NCBI GenBank assembly: GCA_944351395.1
Contig: CALVPP010000001.1
Span: 7,293-71,292, forward strand
Length of the DNA stretch: 64,000 nt
Source: an uncultured Bacilli bacterium
GTDB lineage: Bacteria; Bacillota_I; Bacilli_A; RFN20; CAG-826
Reading direction: 5' to 3'
Of this stretch, positions 25,499 to 36,658 are shown piece after piece (the first letter of the stretch is position 1; the number at the start of each line of letters is the position of its first letter). Under the pieces are notes generated by a model. The model did no database searches. It was not told the origin of the DNA and was given only the letters and a program-made list of their open reading frames with translations. The position numbers and the translations under genes are program-made.

Positions 25499-26155
25499 AT
25501 GGAAGAACAAGAAAAAGTAGTAAATACTGAAACTGAAAATAAAGTTAGCGAAGAACATGGTGCGGAAGTAGTGCACAAAGCTGCCCGCCCTGGTCAAGGT
25601 GAACGCCGTCCACGTCTCGATCGCAATGTCCGTGGTGAACGCCATGGTGGTCCACGCCGTCGTGACAATGATCGCGATCGCGAATTTGAAGAACGTGTCG
25701 TCTCCATCAAACGTGTTGCTAAAGTCGTCAAAGGTGGTAAACGTATGCGTTTCACCGCTCTTGTCGTCATCGGTGATGGCAAAGGTCGTTATGGTTTCGC
25801 TAGCGGTAAAGCTGGTGAAGTACCAGACGCTATTAAGAAAGCTTTAGATCACGCTAGACGTAATCTTCATAGGATTCCTATCAATAAGAAAGGCACTATT
25901 CCTCACGAAGTGATGGCAACTTATGGTGCATGTAGCGTCTTCATTAAACCCGCTCCTGAAGGTAAAGGTATCATCGCTGGTGGTCCAGTGCGTGCTATCT
26001 TAGAACTCGCTGGTGTGAAGAACGTTCTCTCGAAGGTTTATGGTTCAAGAGCACCCATCAATATTATTCGCGCTCTTAGTTCCGGTCTCGATTCATTGAA
26101 GACCCCATCCGAGGTACGTACTCTTCGCGGTCAAGAAAAAAAGGAGGCTAAATAA
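25499..26155 (+). CDS. rpsE: 30S ribosomal protein S5 (with ~50-aa Arg/Glu-rich N-terminal extension)
   Basis: 218 aa against about 166 typical. The core begins at [22 protein letters not shown]. The extension is encoded by a locally GC-rich stretch. Confidence 0.94.
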   Translation: MEEQEKVVNTETENKVSEEHGAEVVHKAARPGQGERRPRLDRNVRGERHGGPRRRDNDRDREFEERVVSIKRVAKVVKGGKRMRFTALVVIGDGKGRYGFASGKAGEVPDAIKKALDHARRNLHRIPINKKGTIPHEVMATYGACSVFIKPAPEGKGIIAGGPVRAILELAGVKNVLSKVYGSRAPINIIRALSSGLDSLKTPSEVRTLRGQEKKEAK

Positions 26156-26157
26156 TC

Positions 26158-26598
26158 ATGGAACTCCATAATATTCACGCAGTCGATGGAAGCGTGACCA
26201 AAAAATATCGTAAAGGTCGTGGTATTGGTAGTGGCAATGGTAAAACTGCTGGCAAAGGTCATAAAGGTCAAAATGCTCGTAGTGGTGGCCATACACGTCT
26301 TGGTTTCGAAGGTGGCCAAATGCCATTGTTTAGAAGACTTCCAAAGAGAGGTTTCTATCACAACCAAAAAGTGCGTTATGCAACAGTGGATGTCACTTCA
26401 TTAAACGTCTTCAAAGACGGTGAAGAAGTCACCCCAACTAAATTAATTGAAAAAGGTCTTATCAAAAAAGAATTAGATGGTGTTAAAATACTAGGTAATG
26501 GTGAACTTAAAGTCGCACTTACTGTCGTCGCTCATAAGTTCTCCAAATCCGCCGTTACTAGCATCGAAAAAGCTAAAGGCACAGTTAAGGTAATCTAA
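26158..26598 (+). CDS. rplO: 50S ribosomal protein L15
   Basis: 146 aa. It follows rpsE directly, so there is no rpmD (L30) gene between them. Confidence 0.95.
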   Translation: MELHNIHAVDGSVTKKYRKGRGIGSGNGKTAGKGHKGQNARSGGHTRLGFEGGQMPLFRRLPKRGFYHNQKVRYATVDVTSLNVFKDGEEVTPTKLIEKGLIKKELDGVKILGNGELKVALTVVAHKFSKSAVTSIEKAKGTVKVI

Positions 26599-26599
26599 C

Positions 26600-27979
26600 A
26601 TGAAAACATTCCTTTCCGTCTTTAAGAATAAAGAAATCATGAGTCGTATCTTCTTTACGATTATGATTTTATTTATCTTCCGTCTCGGAGCTGCGATTAC
26701 GATTCCGGGCGTGACGTTAAGTGATGATTTGACGAACGAGATGAGTTCTACTAGCGCTCTATCGCTCATCAACTTACTTGGTGGAGGTGCATTAACTAAC
26801 GTCTCCATCTTTGCCCTTGGCGTTTCGCCTTACATCACATCGAGCATCATCATCCAATTATTGAGTAGCGATGTCTTACCTGCCTTATCAGAACTCAAGA
26901 GACAAGGCGAACAAGGACGTCGCAAAATGGAGATGGCTACTCGTTATCTCACTCTCCTTCTCGGAGCAGTGCAAGCATATGGCATCATCATGATGATGTC
27001 TAATCAAGGTCTCATCACTCTTAATGATGATTCCTTCTGGTCTTACGTCTACATCGTCGCAGTCATGCTCGCTGGTGGTATGATCGTCATGTATCTCGGT
27101 GACCAAATTACTTCTAAAGGTTTAGGCAATGGTATTTCAGTCATCATCTTTGCTGGTATCGTCGTCAGTTTACCTCAACAAATTCAACTTGCATTCTATG
27201 AATGGGTTGGTTCATGGGGTGGAAATAATGCTGCGACTAATCAAATCTTGACTGGTATCTTCCAATTTGGTGTCTACATCTTAGCTTTCATCCTCATCAT
27301 CGCTTTCGTCGTCTTCATCGAACTCGCGAAACGTAAAATTCCTGTCCAAAACGCTGGTAAAGGTGGCGGTCATAATCCGCGTATGTCTCAAGCGAGCTTC
27401 TTACCGATCAAAGTGAATGCAAGTGGTGTTATTCCAGTCATCTTCGCTAGTGCGATTCTCATGGTGCCTAGCATCATTGCTTCGTTTATGGGCGTGACGG
27501 AAGATAACGCTACTTGGCTTACTATCTTCAATACTTCGGCTTGGAATCCAATGCCAGGAATCGATGGTACGACATGGTACATGTGCTGGGGCTTAATTCT
27601 TTATATCATCCTCATCATTCTCTTCTCATTCTTCTACGCGAATATGCAAATCAACCCACAACAACTCGCTGAAAATTTCCAGAAGAATGGAAGTTATATT
27701 CCAGGTATTAGACCAGGCAATGAGACGGAAAGATACGTCCGTAAGGTAGTTAATCGTATCACCTGCATTGGTGCGATTGCTCTTGCTTTTATTGCCGCTT
27801 TACCAAACATTCTTACTCTCACTGGTGTCTTTGGTGAAAATTCATCCCTCGCCATCGGCGGTACAGGACTCATCATCGTCGTCGGTGTTGCCTTAGAAAT
27901 TTCTAATCAAATTCAAGGTTTACTCGCTGGTAAGAGTTATGAAGAAGTCGTAGCAAGTGCTGGAAGAAGAGGTTTTTAA
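26600..27979 (+). CDS. secY: Preprotein translocase subunit SecY
   Basis: 459 aa with ten TM segments. Confidence 0.96.
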   Translation: MKTFLSVFKNKEIMSRIFFTIMILFIFRLGAAITIPGVTLSDDLTNEMSSTSALSLINLLGGGALTNVSIFALGVSPYITSSIIIQLLSSDVLPALSELKRQGEQGRRKMEMATRYLTLLLGAVQAYGIIMMMSNQGLITLNDDSFWSYVYIVAVMLAGGMIVMYLGDQITSKGLGNGISVIIFAGIVVSLPQQIQLAFYEWVGSWGGNNAATNQILTGIFQFGVYILAFILIIAFVVFIELAKRKIPVQNAGKGGGHNPRMSQASFLPIKVNASGVIPVIFASAILMVPSIIASFMGVTEDNATWLTIFNTSAWNPMPGIDGTTWYMCWGLILYIILIILFSFFYANMQINPQQLAENFQKNGSYIPGIRPGNETERYVRKVVNRITCIGAIALAFIAALPNILTLTGVFGENSSLAIGGTGLIIVVGVALEISNQIQGLLAGKSYEEVVASAGRRGF

Positions 27980-27985
27980 AAGAAT

Positions 27986-28639
27986 ATGAAAACTAATATT
28001 ATTCTCATGGGCCCGCCTGGAGCGGGTAAAGGCACACAAGCGAAACTCATCATTGCCGCTTATAAGTTGCCTCATATATCTACGGGAGATATGTTCCGTG
28101 AAGCGATGAAAAATGAAACTCCTCTCGGCTTAAAAGCCAAATCATATATTGATCAAGGTCACCTCGTTCCTGACGATGTCACGATTGGCATCGTCGAGGA
28201 AAGACTTAACCAAGACGATTGTAAAGGAGGATTTCTACTCGATGGTTTCCCGAGGACCATTCCTCAAGCAGAAGCGTTAGATAAGATGATGGAGAAGATG
28301 CATCGTTCCATCGACCTCGTCATCGACGTCGAAACGCCGAAAGAAGAACTCATCCGTAGGATTAGTGGTCGCCGCGTCTGCAAAGCTTGTGGCGCACCAT
28401 ATCACGTCGATACGATGAAACCGAAAGTCGATGGTGTCTGCGATATTTGTGGTGGAGAACTTATTCAACGCAAAGATGATAACGTCTCCGCTCTTACGAC
28501 TCGCTTAGAACATTATGAACATGAGACGAAGCCATTATTAGATTATTACGCTAATAAAGGTAATCTCGTCACCGTCGATGGTAGCAAGGAGAAAGATGAT
28601 TTATTCTTAGATGTCTCCTCGCTCATCAGAGGTGAATAA
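27986..28639 (+). CDS. adk: Adenylate kinase (zinc-lid type)
   Basis: P-loop GPPGAGKGTQ and lid CKACG...CDICGG. Confidence 0.96.
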   Translation: MKTNIILMGPPGAGKGTQAKLIIAAYKLPHISTGDMFREAMKNETPLGLKAKSYIDQGHLVPDDVTIGIVEERLNQDDCKGGFLLDGFPRTIPQAEALDKMMEKMHRSIDLVIDVETPKEELIRRISGRRVCKACGAPYHVDTMKPKVDGVCDICGGELIQRKDDNVSALTTRLEHYEHETKPLLDYYANKGNLVTVDGSKEKDDLFLDVSSLIRGE

Positions 28640-28644
28640 AAATA

Positions 28645-29398
28645 ATGGTCATCATCAAATCACCACGTGAGGTGGAACTCATCCACCAAGCAGGACTAGT
28701 CATAAATGAAGTGTTCAAACAATTAGAAACATTCATTAAACCTGGTCTATCGACGTATGACATTGCCAAAAGATGCGAAGATATCATCCTCGCTCACGAT
28801 GGCTATCCAACTTGTAAAGGCTATGAAGGCTTCCCAGGTGCGGTGTGTGTGAGCGTGAATGATACTCTCATCCATGGTATCCCATCTCGCAAAGAGATTA
28901 TTAAAAACGGAGATGTCGTCTCCGTCGACTTAGGCGTGACGAAGCATGGCTATATTGCTGATGCCGCGAGAACTTATATCGTCGGTCACGTCGAACCACG
29001 CGTCGAAGAATTAGTACGCGTGACGAAAGAAGCGTTCTTCGAAGGTTTAAAACAAGTTAAACCTGGTAATCATATCGGCGATATCTCTCACGCTATCGAA
29101 GAACACTATAAAAAATATGGCTTCTCTTCTCCAGAAGACTTCACCGGTCATGGAGTAGGGGTATCATTCCATGAAGATCCTTATATTCCTAATCAGGGTG
29201 AAGCAGGTACTGGCATTAGATTACGTGAAGGGATGACATTAGCGATCGAGCCGATGATTTGTCTAGGTTCACCTGAATACAAGGTCTTAGGCGATGGTTG
29301 GACGATTAAGATGAGAGATAAGAAGATGACAGCTCATTATGAGAATACCGTCGCTGTCACGAAGGACGGTTATAAGATTCTAACTATGGAGGACGAAC

Positions 29399-29412
<14 letters not shown>
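28645..29412 (+). CDS. map: Methionine aminopeptidase type I
   Basis: 255 aa. Confidence 0.93.
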
Positions 29413-29754
<342 letters not shown>

Positions 29755-29768
29755 GAGGAAAAAAGAAT

Positions 29769-30143
29769 ATGGCACGTATCGTTGGTGTTGATATTCCAAA
29801 TGACAAAAGAGTCGTCGTTTCCCTCACTTACATTTTTGGTATCGGAAATACGACAGCAAAGAAAATTTTAAAAGATGCGAAAGTGAGTGAAGATACCCGC
29901 GTCAAAGATTTGACTGATGAAGAATTCGTCCGCATTCGTCAAGAAATTGCTAAATATAAAGTCGAAGGTGATTTACGTCGTGATGTAGCACTCAATATTA
30001 AGACTTTACAAGAAATTGGCTGTTATCGTGGCTTACGTCATAGACGTGGCTTACCAGTGCGCGGTCAACGCACTCGTACGAACGCTCGTACGCGTAAGGG
30101 TAAGAAGAAAACCATCGCTAACAAGAAGAAAGCAACAGCGTAA
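29769..30143 (+). CDS. rpsM: 30S ribosomal protein S13
   Basis: 124 aa. Confidence 0.96.
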   Translation: MARIVGVDIPNDKRVVVSLTYIFGIGNTTAKKILKDAKVSEDTRVKDLTDEEFVRIRQEIAKYKVEGDLRRDVALNIKTLQEIGCYRGLRHRRGLPVRGQRTRTNARTRKGKKKTIANKKKATA

Positions 30144-30158
30144 GGTAGGTGAACTAAC

Positions 30159-30548
30159 ATGGCTAATACGAAGACGACACGTAAAAGAAAAATTAAACGT
30201 GCATTTACGAAAGGCGTGGCACACATTCACGCTACCTTCAATAACACTATCGTCACCATTACCGATGAACACGGTAACGTGCTCACTTGGTCTAGTGCTG
30301 GTGTGTTAGGTTTCAAAGGTGCAAGAAAATCTACTCCTTACGCCGCTCAACTCGCTGGTGAAGCAGCAGCTAAAAAAGCGTTCGATCAAGGCATTAGGAC
30401 GGTCGATGTCGACGTCAAAGGTCCAGGTCCAGGTCGAGAAAGTGCAGTGCGTAGCCTTGCTACCGCTGGCTTAGAAATCTTATCCATTCAAGATACGACA
30501 CCTATTCCACATAATGGTTGCCGTCCACCGAAGAAACCTAAAGGTTAA
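30159..30548 (+). CDS. rpsK: 30S ribosomal protein S11
   Basis: 129 aa. Confidence 0.96.
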   Translation: MANTKTTRKRKIKRAFTKGVAHIHATFNNTIVTITDEHGNVLTWSSAGVLGFKGARKSTPYAAQLAGEAAAKKAFDQGIRTVDVDVKGPGPGRESAVRSLATAGLEILSIQDTTPIPHNGCRPPKKPKG

Positions 30549-30568
30549 TCGAAAGGAGTTTTGTTTTT

Positions 30569-31564
30569 ATGGAACATAAATTAGTTAATCCTTTTGAAAA
30601 GATGAACTTCAAAGTGGTGACGATGGATAAAGATAGCCACTATGGTCGCTTTGCCTTCGAACCATTAGAACGTGGATTTGGTATCACGATTGGTAATTCC
30701 TTACGTCGTGTTTTACTAAGTGCTTTACCAGGGGCTAGTATCTATGCGATTGAAGTCGAAGGTGCAAGACACGAATTTAGTTCATTACCTGGCATCGTCG
30801 AAGATGTTACTGAAATTATCTTAAATTTAAAAAATCTCGTCATCCAAATTGATGATATCAACGATTCTACTACTCGTAAACTCACTCTTGAGGTTGCTTC
30901 TAAAACTGAAAGAGTCGTCACCGCTGGCGATATCAAATGCCCAGCTGGCGTGACAATCGTCAACCCAGAGCTTGAAATTTGTCATCTTTCTAGCGACGGC
31001 AAGATTAATATGACGATGTATGCGAGAAATTATCGTGGTTATGTCACTAGCGAAAATAATATCGCGGGTCCTACTGATCCAAAACATATCGGTGTCATCG
31101 CTACCGACTCTAATTATTCACCAATTACCAAAGTGAATACGAGCGTCGAACAAACGCGTGTTGGCAATTCTAGCCAATATGATCGACTCATCATCGAGGT
31201 GTGGACGAACGGTTCGATGGATCCAGATGAAGCAATTGCTCTTGCTGCTAAAATACTCATCACACATCTCGAACATTTCCTCACTCTTAGCGATGTGACG
31301 GAAAACCTCGATATGTATAAAGAAGAGACGGTAGAAGAAGTGAATGAATTCCAAGACTTACCAGTCGAAGATTTGGATCTTTCTGTCCGTTCCTTCAACT
31401 GCTTGAAACGTGCTGGTATTCAAACTGTCGGTGAACTCGTCAAGAAGACCGAAGATGAGATGATGAAAGTACGTAATCTCGGTAAGAAGTCACTCAAAGA
31501 AGTGAAAGATAAATTAGAAGAAAGAGGTCTAAGCTTCTTAGAGCACGGACCTAACGTCGATTAA
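30569..31564 (+). CDS. rpoA: DNA-directed RNA polymerase subunit alpha
   Basis: 331 aa with N-terminal and C-terminal domains. Confidence 0.96.
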   Translation: MEHKLVNPFEKMNFKVVTMDKDSHYGRFAFEPLERGFGITIGNSLRRVLLSALPGASIYAIEVEGARHEFSSLPGIVEDVTEIILNLKNLVIQIDDINDSTTRKLTLEVASKTERVVTAGDIKCPAGVTIVNPELEICHLSSDGKINMTMYARNYRGYVTSENNIAGPTDPKHIGVIATDSNYSPITKVNTSVEQTRVGNSSQYDRLIIEVWTNGSMDPDEAIALAAKILITHLEHFLTLSDVTENLDMYKEETVEEVNEFQDLPVEDLDLSVRSFNCLKRAGIQTVGELVKKTEDEMMKVRNLGKKSLKEVKDKLEERGLSFLEHGPNVD

Positions 31565-31577
31565 GGAGGTATAGAAA

Positions 31578-31973
31578 ATGCCATCACAAGGACGTCATAA
31601 CGTACATGGTAAAACAGGTGTTCGCTTTAAAGCGGCTTATACGCCTAGTGACCATAAAAAGATGCTTCGTAACACTGTCACGCATCTCGTTTTACATGAG
31701 CAAGTGAAAGTGACGAAAGCTACCGCAAAAGATTTAGTTCCTCTCGCCGATAAACTCATCACTTTAGCGAAGAAGAACACCCTCGCTAGCCGTCGCCAGG
31801 CTCTAAGTATTCTTTTAGACCAAACTGATGGAACGGTACGCGCTATCGACAAATTATTTGACGAATTAGGACCTCGTTACAAAGATCGTAATGGTGGTTA
31901 CACTCGTGCGTTAGATTTAGGCTCTCGTCGTGGTGACGACGCCCCAATCACTCTCGTGAGTTTCGTCATTTAA
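31578..31973 (+). CDS. rplQ: 50S ribosomal protein L17
   Basis: 131 aa. Confidence 0.95.
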   Translation: MPSQGRHNVHGKTGVRFKAAYTPSDHKKMLRNTVTHLVLHEQVKVTKATAKDLVPLADKLITLAKKNTLASRRQALSILLDQTDGTVRAIDKLFDELGPRYKDRNGGYTRALDLGSRRGDDAPITLVSFVI

Positions 31974-31991
31974 GAAAAGGAGAAATAGAAG

Positions 31992-32222
31992 ATGGATTCA
32001 TTTATCAAGACGATGGAAGGTTCGAGTAAATTAGTTAAACTCGTACTTTGTATCCCAGTTCTTAACATCACTTGGATTATCTATCGTATTTGCAAATCTT
32101 TGAAAGCAAACAATGCTTTACATCTCGTCTTAAGTATTCTTGTCATCTTCGTCTTCTGGATCGTCTGGATCATTGATATCATCACGATCTTGCTTTACGA
32201 CAAAGTGTTCTGGATCGACTAA
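31992..32222 (+). CDS. Small membrane protein (two TM segments) at the end of the alpha operon
   Basis: 76 aa and hydrophobic. It lies between rplQ and the terminator, with RBS AAGGAG upstream. Confidence 0.4.
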   Translation: MDSFIKTMEGSSKLVKLVLCIPVLNITWIIYRICKSLKANNALHLVLSILVIFVFWIVWIIDIITILLYDKVFWID

Positions 32223-32246
32223 TTTCTCAATTTGTATCAATTATTT

Positions 32247-32282
32247 TAAAAGGCCACCGCGAGGTGACCTTTTTTCTTTTTT
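32247..32282. terminator. Bidirectional intrinsic terminator shared by alpha operon (+) and glnA (-)
   Basis: AAAAGG-c-CACC-gcga-GGTG-a-CCTTTT hairpin with U-tracts on both sides. Confidence 0.75.
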
Positions 32283-33621
32283 AGAGATAACGTTTTAATT
32301 CAAATTGTGTGACGATGATCGAATATTCCTTCCATACTTTCTCTTTGATGTAGAGGAGTTTATCAAATATTTGATCACCTAAAGTATGTTTTAATAACAT
32401 GTCTTTTTTAAATTCTTTCATCGCATCATATAAATTAGATGGAATACGTTTGATACCCATTTTCATCACTTCATCTAAGGTAAGTTCAAATAAATTTTCT
32501 GAGATTGAAGGAATAATTTCATCATCATTCAAATTTTTGATTCCATCTAATCCTGCGTTGAGTAAACATGCAATGGCAAGATATGGATTAGCCATACAAT
32601 CGACGTTACGAATTTCTGTGCGCGTAGCGTTGCCTCTTTGTGCAGGAATTCTAATCATCGACGATCTATTTGCTTGTGACCAAGTCGCATATATTGGGGC
32701 TTCAAAACCTGCGACAAGACGTTTATATGAATTGATGACTGGATTTGTGATAAACGCTAAACCGCGAGCGTGGTTTAAAATGCCACTTATCCATTTCTTA
32801 CACGCTAAAGACAAACCATCTTTACTGTTTTCATCACAAAAGACATTATTTCCTTCTAAATCGACAAGAGACATATTCGCGTGCATTCCAGAGCCAGGTA
32901 ATCCCTCGATAGGTTTCGGCATGAATGTCGCGTAATAGCCATGCTTGCCAGCGATGATTTTAACGACTTGTTTTAATGTTTGTATGCGATCAGCAGTGAT
33001 GAGAGCGTCGTCGTATTTAAAATTGATTTCATTTTGCCCAGGCCCCACTTCGTGATGATTTGTTTGGACTTCAAATCCGAGATGTTCTAGCGCAAGAGCG
33101 ATATCTCTTCTTACATATTCTGCTCCATCCATAGGGGAGAGATCAAAATAAGAAGCTTTATCAATCATTTGATCAAGTATTGGTTTACCTTCTTCATCCA
33201 TTTTGAAGAGGTAAAATTCTGGTTCAAATCCGACGTTAAGGCTAGAGTAGCCCATCTCCCTCATCTTTCTTAAAGTTTTCTTTAAAATATAACGAGGATC
33301 ACCAGGATATGGTTTACCATTCGTTTGGTAAACATCACAGATGAGTCTTGCTACTTTCCCATATTTTAAATCTTCAAAATCTAAGATGAGCCATGTATTA
33401 CGATCAGGGCTTAAATACATATCTGCCTCTTTGATGCGAGCAAAACCTTCCACAGAAGAGCCATCAAAAGAAATTTTATCCTCTAAAGCGTCTTTTAATT
33501 TAGCGACAGGTATCTCGACTGCTTTATTCGTTCCTAAAATATCACTAAATTGTAAGCGAACATATTGTACATTTTGTTTTTTGGCAATGTTTAATATGTC
33601 TTGTTTACTATATTTTGCCAT
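32281..33621 (-). CDS. glnA: Glutamine synthetase type I
   Basis: The N-terminus is MAKYSKQDIL. The ORF track starts 17 codons earlier. The chosen ATG at 33621 has a GGAGG RBS. Core motifs match the GS catalytic domain. Confidence 0.93.
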   Translation of the reverse strand: MAKYSKQDILNIAKKQNVQYVRLQFSDILGTNKAVEIPVAKLKDALEDKISFDGSSVEGFARIKEADMYLSPDRNTWLILDFEDLKYGKVARLICDVYQTNGKPYPGDPRYILKKTLRKMREMGYSSLNVGFEPEFYLFKMDEEGKPILDQMIDKASYFDLSPMDGAEYVRRDIALALEHLGFEVQTNHHEVGPGQNEINFKYDDALITADRIQTLKQVVKIIAGKHGYYATFMPKPIEGLPGSGMHANMSLVDLEGNNVFCDENSKDGLSLACKKWISGILNHARGLAFITNPVINSYKRLVAGFEAPIYATWSQANRSSMIRIPAQRGNATRTEIRNVDCMANPYLAIACLLNAGLDGIKNLNDDEIIPSISENLFELTLDEVMKMGIKRIPSNLYDAMKEFKKDMLLKHTLGDQIFDKLLYIKEKVWKEYSIIVTQFELKRYL

Positions 33622-33936
33622 AGTTAATAGCCTCCACAACGTGAATTTTATACAGATTACATACAAATGCAAGCGAAAAATTGTAGATATTGTAGTAGAG
33701 TTAGTAAAATGTCATTAATTTTTATATATAATTATGATCATTTTTAGCGAAAAATGAAAAAATATCATTAAAAGTAGTAAAAATGATTCAAAAAATATTA
33801 AATTTTGTAAAATTTCTAAGATAAAATCGCTAGAAAGCACTGTTTATCTTTATTTCACACTAGTGAAGAATAAATTTTTTCATTAAATAAACATCGTGAT
33901 TATGAGATAATGATATTTACTAGGAGATAAAAAACT

Positions 33937-35166
33937 ATGAAAGATTACTTAAAAGAAGCTGAAGAAGGTTTTTCACCACTTTTAGCAATCGAAGAAGCGA
34001 GCAGGTGTTTATTGTGCCATGATGCACCTTGTTCAAAAAATTGCCCTGCTGGCACAGACCCAGCTAGGTTTATTCGCGCCTTGAGATTTTTAAATGAGAA
34101 AGGTGCAGCGGAAGTAATAAGAGAAAATAATGCACTTGGGGCAATATGCGCTAGAGTGTGTCCACAAGAAAAATATTGTAAATTAGGTTGTTCAAGATCC
34201 GGCATTGATAAACCGATTGAAATTGGAAAGATTCAACGTTATATCACGGATTTTGAGGCTAATTTGAAGATGAATATCTTGAAGAAACCTGAACGTGAAT
34301 TAGGTCAAAAAGTCGCGATAATTGGTAGTGGTCCTGCGGCTTTAGAATTAGCGGCTCTATTACGAATGAAAGGTTATAGCGTAACTATTTTTGAAAAAGA
34401 TGAGAAGTTGGGTGGTTATTTACGTTATGGTATCCCCAGTTATCGTCTTCCAAATGACGTTTTAGATTTAGAAATTAAACGCATTTTAGATTTAGGTGTC
34501 GAACATAAAGTTAACCATCGTGTGAATGATGAAGAATTTAAAAAGTTAAAAGAACTATATGACGCTGTCATCGTTGCGACAGGCTATGAACTCGCTAAAA
34601 CTTTACCGATGTTTGAAACTCATCATGAGGTAGAACTCGCTACTCAATTCTTAAAACGTGCGAAAGAGATGAATGGCGATATCGACGTCTATAGTGATGT
34701 TTTAGTCATCGGTGGTGGTGATGTAGCGATGGATGTCGTCACGACTTTAAAACGTATTGGCACACCACGAGTCATCGATGTCGTCTATGAAGAATTTAGT
34801 GAATTTAGAGCGAGTGAAAAAGAATTAGCCGAAGCTAGAGCGCAAAATGTTTCTATCATCGATGGTTATGTGCCTATGTCTTATGATGGCATAACTGTCA
34901 ACTTTAAACATCGTCATCTCGATAGCGTCATCTCGATTAAACCTAAACATATCATTCTCGCTGTCGGTCAAGTAGCGAGAATGCAATTTGGTTTAGATTA
35001 TGAAGCAGGTGAAGTGAAGACGACTAATTACCGCGTTGGTGATTCTAATGTCTTCGTCGTCGGTGATATTGCTCATGGCGATAAGACCGTCGTCGGAGCA
35101 GTGAAAACGGCGAAAGAAGCCAATTATTTCATCGATAATTTCCTTACGAAAGAGAGGGCGAAATAA
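33937..35166 (+). CDS. preT: NAD(P)-dependent oxidoreductase, glutamate-synthase-beta/PreT-like (Fe-S N-terminus plus FAD/NAD Rossmann domains)
   Basis: 409 aa with a Cys cluster ([14 protein letters not shown]...CARVCP...CKLGC) and the dinucleotide motif [11 protein letters not shown]. It is paired with a PreA-like gene. Confidence 0.7.
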   Translation: MKDYLKEAEEGFSPLLAIEEASRCLLCHDAPCSKNCPAGTDPARFIRALRFLNEKGAAEVIRENNALGAICARVCPQEKYCKLGCSRSGIDKPIEIGKIQRYITDFEANLKMNILKKPERELGQKVAIIGSGPAALELAALLRMKGYSVTIFEKDEKLGGYLRYGIPSYRLPNDVLDLEIKRILDLGVEHKVNHRVNDEEFKKLKELYDAVIVATGYELAKTLPMFETHHEVELATQFLKRAKEMNGDIDVYSDVLVIGGGDVAMDVVTTLKRIGTPRVIDVVYEEFSEFRASEKELAEARAQNVSIIDGYVPMSYDGITVNFKHRHLDSVISIKPKHIILAVGQVARMQFGLDYEAGEVKTTNYRVGDSNVFVVGDIAHGDKTVVGAVKTAKEANYFIDNFLTKERAK

Positions 35167-35168
35167 TT

Positions 35169-36416
35169 ATGATTAAAAAAGACTTATCAATTGAATTTTT
35201 AGGGGTTAAATTTAAAAACCCATTTATGTTATCATCTTCGCCAGTTGGTAATTGCTATGATATGTGTGCGAAAGCTTTTAGACTTGGTTGGGGCGGTATC
35301 GTCTATAAAACACTAATTAAAGATCCATGCGATGAATGCTCTCCACGTTATGATACTTTAAGAAAAGAAGGTACATCTTTCGTTGGCTTTAAGAATATGG
35401 AACAATTGACCGAGCATCCGTTAGAAGACGATTTAAGAGATATCAGACGTCTTAAAAAAGAATTCCCTGATGGTGTATTAGTCGCTTCCATCATGGCTGG
35501 CAATGATGAAGATTGGAAGACATTAGCAAAACAAGTCGAAGACGCAGGAGCAGACATGATCGAACTAAATTTCTCTTGCCCTCAGATGACTGATACGCAT
35601 CTTGGTTCAGCGATTGGACAAAATCCTGATTTATGTCGTCAATATTGTAAAGCGGTGAAAAGCGCAACTAAGTTGCCTGTCATCGCTAAGATGACTCCTA
35701 ATATTACTGATATGGTAGAAGTCGCTTATGCGAGTATGGAAGGTGGGGCAGACGCTATTTCTTGTATCAACACTATCAAATCTATTTTAAATGTTGATTT
35801 AGATAGAGAAGTGGGATTACCTATCGTCAATGGCAAGTCATCTATTTCTGGTTATAGTGGTAAAGCAGTGAAGCCAGTTGCTCTTCGTTTTATTCAACAA
35901 TTAAGAGATAATCCTAAAACACGTGATGTGCCTATCTCTGGTATTGGCGGTATCGAGACGTGGCGTGATGCAGCTGAATTCATTCTCGTCGGAGCGTCAA
36001 TTTTGCAAGTGACCACAGCAATTATGCAATATGGATATCGCATTATCGATGATTTATGTAATGGTCTAATGCACTACATGGATGAAAAGGGTGTCGATCA
36101 TTTAAGTGAATTAGTTGGTTTAGCAAATAAGAATATCATTCCAGCTGAAGAATTAGATCGTGACTTTAAGATTTATCCTAAAATTGATAACGATAAATGT
36201 GTTGGTTGTGGACGTTGTTTCATCTCTTGCTATGATGGTTCACATCAAGCCATGGAATGGGACAAAAAACTTAGAAGACCAACATGCAATACTGATAAAT
36301 GCGTTGGTTGTTTGCTCTGTTCATTAGTGTGTCCTGTTGGGGCAATTAGTAAAGGCGAAGTCGTCTTTAAGCCAGGACGTGGTGAAAAACGTAAAACAAA
36401 AGATATTGTCGTTTAG
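35169..36416 (+). CDS. preA: Dihydropyrimidine/dihydroorotate dehydrogenase-like catalytic subunit with C-terminal 2x[4Fe-4S] ferredoxin (PreA-like)
   Basis: 415 aa with a DHOD-family TIM barrel and the C-terminal cluster motifs [11 protein letters not shown]...[12 protein letters not shown]. Confidence 0.7.
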   Translation: MIKKDLSIEFLGVKFKNPFMLSSSPVGNCYDMCAKAFRLGWGGIVYKTLIKDPCDECSPRYDTLRKEGTSFVGFKNMEQLTEHPLEDDLRDIRRLKKEFPDGVLVASIMAGNDEDWKTLAKQVEDAGADMIELNFSCPQMTDTHLGSAIGQNPDLCRQYCKAVKSATKLPVIAKMTPNITDMVEVAYASMEGGADAISCINTIKSILNVDLDREVGLPIVNGKSSISGYSGKAVKPVALRFIQQLRDNPKTRDVPISGIGGIETWRDAAEFILVGASILQVTTAIMQYGYRIIDDLCNGLMHYMDEKGVDHLSELVGLANKNIIPAEELDRDFKIYPKIDNDKCVGCGRCFISCYDGSHQAMEWDKKLRRPTCNTDKCVGCLLCSLVCPVGAISKGEVVFKPGRGEKRKTKDIVV

Positions 36417-36443
36417 TTAAACAAATTTTTATATTTTGTAGAT

Positions 36444-36482
36444 AAGCCCTTCAATTCTTTTCGTTGAAGGGCTTTTATATTT
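36444..36482 (+). terminator. Intrinsic terminator after preA
   Basis: AAGCCCTTCAA-ttcttttcg-TTGAAGGGCTT followed by a T-run. Confidence 0.75.
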
Positions 36483-36658
36483 ATAAAAGGTTTAGGTTAT
36501 AACTGCCTACTTGTAATTTAAATACACACATGATAACTTAAAAATATGAAAAGGGTTAAATTTATTGCTCCTCCAATACTTGGACTAATTTTGTGTACAT
36601 TTAATTTGTGCGTTTATTGCAACAATGTTATAGGCCCAGTTGGTCCGGGGATATTATT

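Noticed and set aside
33622-33672. Longer N-terminal extensions given by the ORF track for glnA, hydC (39392), hydA (41792), arsR-like (49950) and lipoproteins (36608, 44284)
   Set aside because: Internal ATGs with good RBSs give N-termini that match family consensus or signal peptides. The track simply reports the longest ORF.
33622-33936. GlnR/TnrA box (TGTNAN7TNACA) upstream of glnA
   Set aside because: Only partial matches exist (e.g. TGTCATTAATTTTTATA), not convincing enough to annotate.
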